Below, in pieces: positions 35,401 to 43,943 of a stretch of 64,000 nt of DNA (within the stretch, counting starts at the first letter, position 1; each line of letters begins with the position of its first letter). The stretch spans positions 558,001 to 622,000 of the forward strand of contig OX337241.1 in NCBI GenBank assembly GCA_946965045.2, given 5' to 3'. The translations under genes and the position numbers were made by a program. The notes under the pieces were generated by a model. That model was not told the origin of the DNA. It was given only the letters and a program-made list of their open reading frames with translations, and searched no databases. This stretch comes from Epithemia pelagica. Lineage: Eukaryota > Protista > Bacillariophyta.

Positions 35401-36400
35401 CGGTATCGCTGGGGTCTATGAGGAACTCGGTAGTCATCGGTACATCTCTTGTTGGAAAATAATGTTCATTTTGTTCGTCGTCGAGATTCTTGTGATTTTC
35501 GTCGATACTCCAATCGTCTCCCTCATCTTGGTCCATTGTTGATGGAGACCGTTCCATGACGGATTCGTCGTCGTCTTCAATGAGGTTTGCGTTGTTGACC
35601 AGCAAGGGCTTGTTGTCCTCTTGTTGGATTGTCGTGCCTGCCTTTTTGCAAAACGCTTCGTATTTTGTGTATCCTGGGGCAGTCGTAAACTCACCCACAT
35701 TTGAACCTCGTTGTTTCAATGGAATCGTCCGTTTGAAGAGTCCTTGCCCCCAAATCAATTCGATAGCGTTGCTATATGTCACACATCGTGTTCCTCTCGG
35801 CAAGGGTTTGATATCTTTTGCTGTTTGTGCCCAATGTTGGGGCGAAAGCAGTTTGGTTGGAGTCGATGGGATGTAGAAGGACCTTGGGAGCGTGATCGTA
35901 TGGATCTTGCCGTCGTCGTCCTCGATGTCCCATCGTATCGTCGTCTCGTATATATCTGGTTGATATGTTCCTGCTACTCCCTTGACCTTTCGTTTGATTT
36001 TGATTGGTTTGGTGCAGCAGTCTTGTATGTCGTTCGTAATTGACGCGGTTGCGCAATTGTCGATCAAGACTTTCCTGCTGTCGGTATCAAAGCCAACTTC
36101 GTGAGCCGCTTGGTGAGTAACTTGTCCAGTTGTCGAAGTCAGTATCGTTGCCATACATAATGCCCGGAGGAGTCCTGTATAGTTATTTCTCCGTCGTCTC
36201 CGGCCATGGTCGATTCTTCGTTTCTTCTTCACTTTGATTTTGGTCGCGAGAGAGGTCGCTATGGAGTCGCATAGCCCTTGGACGTAGTCTAGGACTGACT
36301 CCAGGTGGTAGCACCTAGGACACCATAGCCCGTAGCACAGCATAGTGTAACTTGATAAAAGGATCGTCACTAATACTGTGTAAACGAGCTGCTTGATCAT
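32405..36400 (-). CDS. pol: Copia 1 Pol (protease, integrase, reverse transcriptase, RNase H)
   Basis: LIDNCAT (PR); HHRMGH...CTAC, VSVDQM, FVDHFS, HADNG, ERRIRE (INT); QVDYVLAY, YTDDSL (RT); FADADF, EAE, FEDNSG, ADIFTK (RH). Confidence 0.95.
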   Translation of the reverse strand: MIKQLVYTVLVTILLSSYTMLCYGLWCPRCYHLESVLDYVQGLCDSIATSLATKIKVKKKRRIDHGRRRRRNNYTGLLRALCMATILTSTTGQVTHQAAHEVGFDTDSRKVLIDNCATASITNDIQDCCTKPIKIKRKVKGVAGTYQPDIYETTIRWDIEDDDGKIHTITLPRSFYIPSTPTKLLSPQHWAQTAKDIKPLPRGTRCVTYSNAIELIWGQGLFKRTIPLKQRGSNVGEFTTAPGYTKYEAFCKKAGTTIQQEDNKPLLVNNANLIEDDDESVMERSPSTMDQDEGDDWSIDENHKNLDDEQNEHYFPTRDVPMTTEFLIDPSDTVHVIPNEEEVLPESPTLELLRTHHRMGHLSMAKIQSLARQGGLPKRLANCKVPVCTACMYGKATRRPWRIKGHRGTLDTMTSPGQCVSVDQMISKTPGYIAHLRGTPTRDRYRVATVFVDHFSGVGYVHLQRTTSAKDTIEAKERFEAWADTHGVKIRHYHADNGIFADNKFREAVQMKNQRLTFSGVNAHFQSGMAERRIRELQESGRTMLIHAQRRWPSTVTTNLWPYAVRYANDMFNEAPMKKHKEKTPMELFTGSTVRFNTRLAHTFGCPAYVLDNELQSGTPIPKWSERARVGIFLGYSPQHARTIGLILSLSSGLTSPQFHVQYDDQFETIRKSFGEAQPISQWQYKAGFTKSRPRMRENQPRVEFGSTTTSSRREIDVTIPEDRDQTNDANPPMEERETMPEHEGARRSQRTPRRTQRYQDYLTSLQEPEDAIGEVAITAKPTVTVNTAQANSNPDVMYWHEAMKQEDRAEFIKAAQKEVQDHSDNGLWEVVKRKDIPKGALISRGVWSCVRKRRLKTREVYKWKSRLAYDGSMQEKGVNYWETYAPVIQWPVVRFILTMALTQGWYIKQVDYVLAYTQAVAETDMYMEAPKSFTFDTKGNQRAEDYVLKIKQNYYGQKQGARVWNQHLVERLKQVGFQQSAHDECLFYHGKCVYILYTDDSLLLGPDKEELDRLIVTMENSGLKMTYEDGVNDFLGVNIDRKEDGTIHLTQPHLIDSILQDLHLADESTKKKETPAPTTVRLRQDQDGKAFDHHFHCRSAIGKLNFLEKSTRPDISFAVHQCARFCENPKAIHGKAVKHIARYLAGTRKQGMILKPDTTKSFQVFADADFAGNFNKLDHPNKDMARSRTGFVVFYAGCPILWQSKLQSEIALSTTEAEIISLSHALRTVIPLMAITREMKDLGFPILSTTPNIHCKAFEDNSGAVELATIYKYRPRTRYLCTKLFHFKSFVERKEIEIHPCATDDQTADIFTKSLNESSFEKHRESIQGW

Positions 36401-36436
36401 GTCGTGCAGCCCGGGGAACCATCCCGGGTTTGGTTG

Positions 36437-37693
36437 TCATTCGTCGGTGCTGTTGTCGCTGTCATCGTCTTCATCGTGGGTAGCACCGGCTAGGGCGCTA
36501 GCAAGGCGGAGTCCTGGGTTCGTTCCCGTGTTCTCGGACGTAGTATCATCTTTGTTCTCGTGTGCTGCGTCGTAGGCCCGTTTCTTATCTCCTGTCAGAC
36601 CACGTCCGTTACACGTTGCGGACGTGTGGTTTTTATTGGTCGACCACTTTCCGTGCCACTTGCACCAGTACCACATTTTTCCGTTGACTTCCTTCGTCTC
36701 GGACTGACCACTCTTTGGTCCCACCGTAAGCCAGGCCTTATCGTTGTCAGTTGCCTTGTCCGTCTTCCCTTTGTTTGTCTGTTTCTTCTGGTCAGTGGGG
36801 TTAGTCTTACGTTTCTGTTCCTTGAGTTTATTCACGGATGCTTCAAGTGCGATCAATTTCTGGTCGCGTGCCGAGAGAGCCTGCCATTTCTTCTGTTCCA
36901 CGAGCGTCTGGTACTTGGTGCGAGCAACGCTCATTAGTTGACGCGGGGTCAGTCCTGGATTGTCTCCTTCTTCATATGCGTTCTTCTTGCGACGAATGGA
37001 CTCTAGAAAGTTATCGTCGTTCACGGTTTCGTAGGCCTTAAATAGATTCGGTAGAAGGTCGAGCGTCTGCTCGCCACGCGCGTTGAGAGCCCGAAGAGTC
37101 TCGTCTACATAGAAGTTAAACTTGGCGATGTCCGCGTTCACATCCATAATATAGATGTGAAGGTCAGCCAAGCGTTGGCGTAGAACCATAACGGTGGCTT
37201 CAGTGTCCACATGTGCCAACGAGATCAAAACCTTGAGGAGAAGGGGTCCGGAACCACGCCCATCGATAGTGAAGTCTTCGCGTCGAATATTGACCTGTGC
37301 CTTAGCGTCGTCGGTAAGTGATGCCATAATGCAAGTGTATGCCATGTATGCATTCTGTGTCTGACGATTGGCTCCATTGAAGTGTTCAACATAGGCACGG
37401 ACTTGTTGCAAGGAGACGCGACCGTACTCGCTGGTGAGCAAACGAAGATTGGCGTTGGGGGCAGCGATCGCTTCTGGAATTGCAAAGATCGAAGTCCAGT
37501 TTTGTTCAACGATCCTGTCTTGGAGAGTATCAAGGAACGTCTTGAGTCCGTCGGCTTCAAGGTCGTAGAGATCTCCGCTATCGTATAATCCGCGAATCGC
37601 TTGCTTGTAAAACTTCGCTCCTCCTGCCGTCGTGAAGTTGATCACTTGATTGGCGTTGGCATGAGCGGGTGAAAGGGCAAAATTTGCGGCCAT
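36437..37693 (-). CDS. gag: Copia 1 Gag
   Basis: 418-aa ORF just after the 5' LTR with a C-terminal WYWCKWHGKW...HTSATC knuckle-like motif. It is in frame with pol across a single TGA. Confidence 0.9.
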   Translation of the reverse strand: MAANFALSPAHANANQVINFTTAGGAKFYKQAIRGLYDSGDLYDLEADGLKTFLDTLQDRIVEQNWTSIFAIPEAIAAPNANLRLLTSEYGRVSLQQVRAYVEHFNGANRQTQNAYMAYTCIMASLTDDAKAQVNIRREDFTIDGRGSGPLLLKVLISLAHVDTEATVMVLRQRLADLHIYIMDVNADIAKFNFYVDETLRALNARGEQTLDLLPNLFKAYETVNDDNFLESIRRKKNAYEEGDNPGLTPRQLMSVARTKYQTLVEQKKWQALSARDQKLIALEASVNKLKEQKRKTNPTDQKKQTNKGKTDKATDNDKAWLTVGPKSGQSETKEVNGKMWYWCKWHGKWSTNKNHTSATCNGRGLTGDKKRAYDAAHENKDDTTSENTGTNPGLRLASALAGATHDEDDDSDNSTDE

Positions 37694-37730
37694 GGTGGAT
37701 GATGAATTGACAACGTTTTAGCTGTAAACA

Positions 37731-37746
37731 GCGCAGAGGAAGCGTG
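37731..37746 (-). other. Putative primer-binding site of Copia 1, complementary to the D-arm of initiator tRNA-Met
   Basis: The plus strand reads GCGCAGAGGAAGCGTG abutting/overlapping the LTR end; eukaryotic tRNAi nt 10-26 is GCGCAGYGGAAGCGYG. Confidence 0.6.
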
Positions 37747-38207
37747 TTGTTTTCCTGCTACCGTGGGCAACAAGAACGAGCTCAACCCGTGTAAAACAAA
37801 GTTAAGTTGTGTGCTTAGTCTTTTACTTCTACTCGTAGCGATGGCTGTGATCCGTTGGATCATCGGCCGTTGGATAAAGTAGATTGGAGATCTTTTTGCG
37901 ATCTTGTTGCAATCTTGGTTTCCTATGTATCGTCGTCCAGCCCGTTCTTGCCTGTCAGAATGTTTAGACGACGACTGTTATGGGATGCCATAGGATCTCG
38001 TTTCTCTATGTATTGGACTTGTTTGGGCCGTTATTGTTGATGACGCGTTGCTCCAAATGAGACTTGGTCGGCCCATTGGTTCATTTGTTCTGTTTGAAAT
38101 AACGATGGTACTCGTCTCTTGTCGGTCGAATCTTCTACTTCCGAATGCCGGTTCCGAATATTGGTCGCACTTCTTCATTCACTGACCATATCTCATTATT
38201 TTGAACA
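37745..38207 (-). repeat. 5' LTR of Copia 1 (463 bp)
   Basis: Copy of 31915-32377. Confidence 0.95.
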
Positions 38208-38616
38208 CTGTCCCCGTTAGAGTCAAGGGTAAGAAAGCTCGCTCAGCTCCAAAAAGGGCCTTTCGTTCAGTCCAATACATGCAAAGTCGTCTTGCACGGG
38301 CCAACAAGTCGTAATCACAGAAACGCACAAATTGGATCGGATCTGTCTCAGTTTTGACCAACTCTGCATCTAGGGCCATAGCTTCGGTATATGCTCGGGT
38401 TTCGTGTTCAGGGAGACATCGAATCACCGAATCCACATGATGTCTCACTCGTTCCCGTAGTTCGGGAAGGAAGGAAATGTCGACATATCTAGGATGAACA
38501 TGGTTATAGCTTGGTGGATTTGGAGCATTACCAATGAATGATAAGCTGTTGCCCGAGACTGGGACCGCCGCCCTATTGATATATGCCGGATAACTGGGTG
38601 GCAAGAAGGAGCGCAT
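38208..38616 (-). pseudogene. 5' part of the Copia-interrupted CRAL-TRIO-like/bZIP gene
   Basis: ATG at 38616. TETDPIQFVR...RRLCMYWTERKALFGAERAFLPLTLTG continues in frame into 31914 after removing the element and one TSD copy. Confidence 0.75.
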
Positions 38617-38802
38617 GTTCACATTGGATATTGGATGTGTTCATCTTGGATCACTGTGTTCGTTTCTCGCATTGAGCAATTTTTTGGTGGCAGCAATCGA
38701 CATGGATCAATGATCAACGACGGTTGAATTTCTCCGAGAACGGGCGACCAGTCTCACACATCACAGAGGCCTTGAAAGAGAAAGCTACCTACTACTCCTA
38801 CC

Positions 38803-39016
38803 TGTTGGAACTAAACAAGCCGTGCTGTAAAGGCAACGTCAAAAGGCTTCTTATTTTAGATATTTCCGATAGAATGAGCTCTTTGCTCATCTGTAGTTTT
38901 CTTTTGCGCCTTGCCACGTCGCTTGACTAAGATCCAACCTTCTTCATCTTCTTCATCTTTGCTGGTCGCTGTTTGGTCATCCTGTTCCTTGCTCTGTTCC
39001 TGGTTCCGTTCCAACA
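38803..39016 (-). repeat. 3' LTR of Copia 2 (214 bp)
   Basis: TGTTGGAAC...TTCCAACA, matching 44731-44944 except G/A at 38868/44796. Confidence 0.95.
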
Positions 39017-42000
39017 CACTCCTTTGTGAGGAATGGTATGGACTAGTGCTCACAATATTCATTACGGAATCCCGTACGCGGTAGAACAGATTGCCTTGGA
39101 GAGGTTTCGTGAAGAAGTCTGCCAACATCTCTTCTGTTGGGCAATACTCCACTCTCAATGCTTTTTGTTGAATCTTATCGGTCACGAAGAAATATCGTAC
39201 GTTGATATGTTTGGTCCTTTTTGAACTTGATCGCCGTCCATTCTTTTCTAACAAAATCGTACTTTTGTTGTCTTGCATTAGGACGACATCCTTCACCTTC
39301 ACACCTTGTGCTTGGAGGAAGTTTTGGCTCCACAGTAATGACGGCATTACGTCATGTACCCCGATCAATTCACTTTCGGTCGAGCTGCGGGCCACCAACT
39401 TTTGTTTGGATGACACGGCATGAGACACACCCTTCCCCATGGTCATACACCCGCCGGTATGACCTTTCATGTCGGGATGTGCAGCGTATGAGGCATCAGC
39501 CCACCAGCGTAGGACTCCGTCGGTGTTAGCTTCCAATCGCAGGACCAGATCAAATGTGGATTGAAGGTATTTGAGAACCCGACAGAGTTTCCGATAATCG
39601 TCCTCATCCGGCGATGCAACGCGGGTACACAAAAAGGCAACGGCGGTGCGAATGTCTGGACGCCCTCTTTGGGCCAGATATGATAGCTGCATTGTGATGC
39701 TATGATACTGATCCGCCTTGTCCTTGTCCAACTTGGTTGCATTGTCGCGTGTGTTGTTAAGATGGAGTGCTGCTGGGGTCCTCGAACGTCCTCTCATCTG
39801 CTTTGGCAAATCATCCATAATGGTTGCGATATATGGCCGCATATCTACTTGCAGCACCCCATCTTCACTAAAGTCGAGATACATTCCCAAATAGTCGTGC
39901 CTTTTGCCGCGTGATACGGACAATTCGCCAAGGCGTCCGAACTCAGATTTCAAATCTTCCAAAATGTGGGTTACAACTTGAGCCGAATCGTGGGACACCT
40001 TCAAGTCATCAATATGCCAGGTGATGGTGCATTGCTTGCCATTCACCCACTTGTTGGCGACGCAAGAATCATAGGGGTTAATTACAAATCCCCAGCTCAC
40101 CAGCACCCGGGACAAACGCTCCCAAAACAAACGTGCGGCGCGAAGGGTCCCATACAATGCTTTTAGCATTTCAACATAGATGACTGGCTTCCCTTTTTCG
40201 TAGGTTACATAGGGTTCGTACATCTCACGGTCCACCTCTAGCAATAATTCCGCCATGAGACCGTCCAACCGCATGAACACATTCGGATCCATATCCGAAT
40301 GCATGAAGGCGCCTGGGATGTCAATTATGGCCACGTCTCTGCGTTCAATTGCGTCGATGATGGCGGTGAAGAAGACTGCATCGGTTGAAACAGTAGGCGA
40401 TGCAGAATCAGCCTTGTCGATGAAAGAACGTTGCTTGCGACCGTCCGCGCAACCACGGCCTTTGATTTTACCGCACCGCTTTCTCTTTAAAAACATAAGA
40501 TACCCTAGAGCTGCTTTGATTTGACTCCACGACAAATCGGATCGGTGCACCGCACGGATGACTCCACGGTCGTGTAATTGTTGCATCTCTTTTTTAACTG
40601 CAGCAACTCCTTTATCGCCGAACAACTTCAACCCATATTTCATGGGGTACTGAGGTGTAGATTGATTGACCTCAGTCAATGTTAAATAGACAATACCCCT
40701 ATAAAGGTAACCGTCATATCGACCCTTTGGAAGGGAGTCAAGACACGCAAAACTGTGTCCGTATCTGTATCGATAGTCGCGTGCTCGATTTGGCCGTAGA
40801 TTGTAATGCGGTTGTTCATCATCAATCATCTCAGCTCCGTGTTGGTGGTCATCCGGAAACAACTCTTGTGATGATTCGGACTGATCGTCGTTGAATTCGA
40901 TCTCCATACTTTCATTCAGGGTTTCCACGTCCCCCTCATTATTCTCGACAACCTCATTGTCCTCCTGATTGTTTTGACTCTCCTCGTCCTCCACTACTGA
41001 GCCAGCATCCTCCTCTATGATATCATCCTCCTCCTGAGCATCATGCTGGACATCGTCGATGGTCACAGCGGCCGGTTCCTCCTCTTGCATTTCTTCCCCC
41101 ACTACCAACTCCTCCACTCCTAAATCCTCCATCACTCCTTGATTTTCCCCCACTCCTGGGTTTTCTGTCGCTTCTGGATGATCGACGGCTGGCTCCAATT
41201 CCTGAGCCACCATGTCATCATCATAGCGGAGATCCTCATCTGATTTGTCGTCGTCGACATAGGTGTCATCATCGGCCTCGTTGAACAGTGGATTGTCATC
41301 ATCTAGCGATAGGATCCTGTTGTCGCGGTTACTGAATGCTAGTCCTGGCTGCATGGACTGTGCAGCTGCCAAGGCCTCCACACGCTTAATCACTTCATCC
41401 GGCATAGGTAAAGTTGTTGCGTTATTTCTGGTGATGACCCGTCCACTGTCAAGGCTAAGGAAATAGTAGCTTCCTTGCCTGTTGCCGGTAGGACGTAAAG
41501 CCAGAGCTCCGATCGTTCTGGGAGCCATTGAATTGTCGTGTTGCTCGTGGCATTGTACGTATTGTCCAAACTCGTATCGACAGTGGGCTCGATAATCCAT
41601 CTTCTCTCCCGTTACGATTTCGCGTGGGCTCATGGTAGTCGATATCCCATTTTTATTCGGGAAACTGTTTAACCAAAACACGACAAACTTGGCCAGTTCA
41701 ATCACCATCACTTTGGGAACGGTTGCATATGGCAACATGTTGAAGGCGCTACGCATGCGGTCTTTCACAGTTCTGATGAACCGTTCGGCTTCTCCCACGT
41801 GTTCGTCTTGAGCTGTGGTGTTAAGCTGGATGCCCAGCATATTAAGCCGATGTTGGAAACTTTCGTAGGCCAGTGCTCCATCGAACAGCAGTACTCGCGG
41901 ACGTAGATCGCCTCGTCTTAGCACGCCAACAATCCGTTTGATTGCTGTCATCATTGCATCTTCAGTCAATCGTGGAAGAGCTTCAACCATGCCGAACCGA

Positions 42001-43943
42001 ATCTTTCGTGTTGTTGCCAGCAAGAACGGGATTCCGTTCACATGCATGACGTCCATAGCTAATGTGATGTCCTTGTGTTCATCCTTGATACTAGGAGGCA
42101 CTAGGATCTCAGTGTCCACAACAGGTGCCTTTCTTCGGGTAGTCTTTCCTTTTAATGATCCAAGGTCGGGACCATATATTGTCTCTGCTCTTCGAATATC
42201 CTTGGCATTGATGGGTGTGTTAGGGAGCATGTTCCCTTCCACAATTTTGATAAAATCCCTTGTTGATGGGCGACCGATTCTTGCCTGTATGTTTCTTGCT
42301 AATTTAGCTCTTGAGACTTCCCTTGGGGAGTAACCACGTTCGTTAGTAGACACGGTAGTTAAGAAACTACCATGTGCTAGGTTACTACTATCCATATAGA
42401 ATAGTCCTTCGGGACTCTGATGAAAGGTGTGCTTGAGTCTTCCCGTTGCAGGATCTTTTAATTCGAAACTATTGCCGTCCACGCTATTATACGTAATGTG
42501 GAATCTTGCTTGGGCATTGTGGAGTGATAGAATGTTGGCAGGGCCAGCCTTGTCGTACCAGACTAAGCCGTATCCTGGTAACAGGCCTTGATGATACAAT
42601 ATGCGGCTGCCCGCATGGCTGGACACCGTGATTGGATGGTCACTTGAGTGAATGTTCTTGAGTAGTGCTTGATTGACGATGATATCTACTGTGGACTGAT
42701 TGTCCAGGAGGATCCAGTTAGGAGGGATGCTGGCCTGTGAAGAGGAAGCAGCAAAGGAGAATGCAGGAGGTGAGTCTGTTACAACTGGGGGAATGGATCG
42801 GGAGGATGAGGTTACTGTACCTTGTCCTCGATTACCTGATTCTTGGGTCCCTGCTCCGGATGTGTTTTCTGTGAGGGTCGAAGTATCATCAGATGACACG
42901 CCCTGGGTATGGTATGCCACTCCAGTGGCAGACTCATTCCCAGTTTGGTTCACATTCACTTGATTATTCTGGTTGTGTCGATTGCTCATCAGCCGGTTAT
43001 CGATAATGGCACGGGCCTCGGCGAGGCTTGATGGATAGTTGTTCTGTCCATCCAAAAAGGTGTTTTGAAGATGAGATTCATAATCTTTTTGGCCGCATGT
43101 ACGTATAAACCGCACGGCCACACATCTTTCTTGTGCTTCCTTTCTGTCCTCATCGGTCACCTTGCTCCGCTTCTCGCGTTTAGCAATCTCGGCGGCGAAG
43201 TCTTCGTCATACAGTACAATGTTCAACTCTTCTAGAACCTTGTACTTTGCGCGAAATACCTCATAATATGCTTGAATAGTTTGATTATTTTTGCGACGTA
43301 AGGAGAAGAATTCTTCTTTCAAACGGTCCCTCGACACCGCCGTGTAGAGACGATTTGAGTCGTAGGTGAATGTGGTTGCTTTGATGAGTTTAAGCAGAGC
43401 CACGCCATCCCGCTTGTCTTGAATCGGTTGGTATTCACTCTTGGCTCTCAACTTGTCGCGTAGTAGGGGAGTGCACTGCCCCAGTAGCAAACTGAACAGC
43501 GAGGATCGAAATCCTTCATATACTAGCATCTGTTCCTCTCTTGCTTTGTAATTGAGTTTCCATTCTTCAACCTCAATCAGATCTTTCATATCTTTAGGAC
43601 GCTTGACTGGAGGAGGATCAGGGAGTTCCAGTTGCTCCACTGCTTTCTGGAAGTGCATGTTGTGTCGATTGTAATTGGTACCAATGTACCCAACCAACAA
43701 CTCAATGTTTCGAATATAACGTTTGGACTGAGAGTCCTCTGAGTAATCAAAGGTGCAGTCCTTTAATGAAGGCTCCTGGCCTTGGAAGCGAGACTGATTG
43801 GCTGGACCTTGATTCCTGTTGCCTCGACCACGTCCGCCGCCACTGCGCCTGGACCCTCCGCCTTGGCTGCGCGTGTTGGACGATCCTGCATTGCTGCTGG
43901 GTGCTGCGTCAGGGCGGGCCTCCGTCCCTGAACGATTACTCAT
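38856..43943 (-). CDS. gag-pol: Copia 2 Gag-Pol polyprotein (1695 aa)
   Basis: WILLDNQSTVD (PR); AMDVMHV, HVGEAERFIRTVK (INT); DIPGAFMH, WHIDDL (RT); WADASYA, QDNKS, ADFFTKP (RH). The stop codon lies inside the 3' LTR. Confidence 0.95.
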   Translation of the reverse strand: MSNRSGTEARPDAAPSSNAGSSNTRSQGGGSRRSGGGRGRGNRNQGPANQSRFQGQEPSLKDCTFDYSEDSQSKRYIRNIELLVGYIGTNYNRHNMHFQKAVEQLELPDPPPVKRPKDMKDLIEVEEWKLNYKAREEQMLVYEGFRSSLFSLLLGQCTPLLRDKLRAKSEYQPIQDKRDGVALLKLIKATTFTYDSNRLYTAVSRDRLKEEFFSLRRKNNQTIQAYYEVFRAKYKVLEELNIVLYDEDFAAEIAKREKRSKVTDEDRKEAQERCVAVRFIRTCGQKDYESHLQNTFLDGQNNYPSSLAEARAIIDNRLMSNRHNQNNQVNVNQTGNESATGVAYHTQGVSSDDTSTLTENTSGAGTQESGNRGQGTVTSSSRSIPPVVTDSPPAFSFAASSSQASIPPNWILLDNQSTVDIIVNQALLKNIHSSDHPITVSSHAGSRILYHQGLLPGYGLVWYDKAGPANILSLHNAQARFHITYNSVDGNSFELKDPATGRLKHTFHQSPEGLFYMDSSNLAHGSFLTTVSTNERGYSPREVSRAKLARNIQARIGRPSTRDFIKIVEGNMLPNTPINAKDIRRAETIYGPDLGSLKGKTTRRKAPVVDTEILVPPSIKDEHKDITLAMDVMHVNGIPFLLATTRKIRFGMVEALPRLTEDAMMTAIKRIVGVLRRGDLRPRVLLFDGALAYESFQHRLNMLGIQLNTTAQDEHVGEAERFIRTVKDRMRSAFNMLPYATVPKVMVIELAKFVVFWLNSFPNKNGISTTMSPREIVTGEKMDYRAHCRYEFGQYVQCHEQHDNSMAPRTIGALALRPTGNRQGSYYFLSLDSGRVITRNNATTLPMPDEVIKRVEALAAAQSMQPGLAFSNRDNRILSLDDDNPLFNEADDDTYVDDDKSDEDLRYDDDMVAQELEPAVDHPEATENPGVGENQGVMEDLGVEELVVGEEMQEEEPAAVTIDDVQHDAQEEDDIIEEDAGSVVEDEESQNNQEDNEVVENNEGDVETLNESMEIEFNDDQSESSQELFPDDHQHGAEMIDDEQPHYNLRPNRARDYRYRYGHSFACLDSLPKGRYDGYLYRGIVYLTLTEVNQSTPQYPMKYGLKLFGDKGVAAVKKEMQQLHDRGVIRAVHRSDLSWSQIKAALGYLMFLKRKRCGKIKGRGCADGRKQRSFIDKADSASPTVSTDAVFFTAIIDAIERRDVAIIDIPGAFMHSDMDPNVFMRLDGLMAELLLEVDREMYEPYVTYEKGKPVIYVEMLKALYGTLRAARLFWERLSRVLVSWGFVINPYDSCVANKWVNGKQCTITWHIDDLKVSHDSAQVVTHILEDLKSEFGRLGELSVSRGKRHDYLGMYLDFSEDGVLQVDMRPYIATIMDDLPKQMRGRSRTPAALHLNNTRDNATKLDKDKADQYHSITMQLSYLAQRGRPDIRTAVAFLCTRVASPDEDDYRKLCRVLKYLQSTFDLVLRLEANTDGVLRWWADASYAAHPDMKGHTGGCMTMGKGVSHAVSSKQKLVARSSTESELIGVHDVMPSLLWSQNFLQAQGVKVKDVVLMQDNKSTILLEKNGRRSSSKRTKHINVRYFFVTDKIQQKALRVEYCPTEEMLADFFTKPLQGNLFYRVRDSVMNIVSTSPYHSSQRSVLERNQEQSKEQDDQTATSKDEEDEEGWILVKRRGKAQKKTTDEQRAHSIGNI

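Larger units (their letters stand above)
31915..38207 (-). mobile_element. Ty1/copia LTR retrotransposon 1 (CoDi-like), full length, 6293 bp
   Basis: Two 463-bp TG...CA LTRs that appear identical, a CTGTCC direct repeat at 31909-31914 and 38208-38213, gag plus PR-INT-RT-RH in Copia order, and a PPT adjoining the 3' LTR. Confidence 0.96.
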
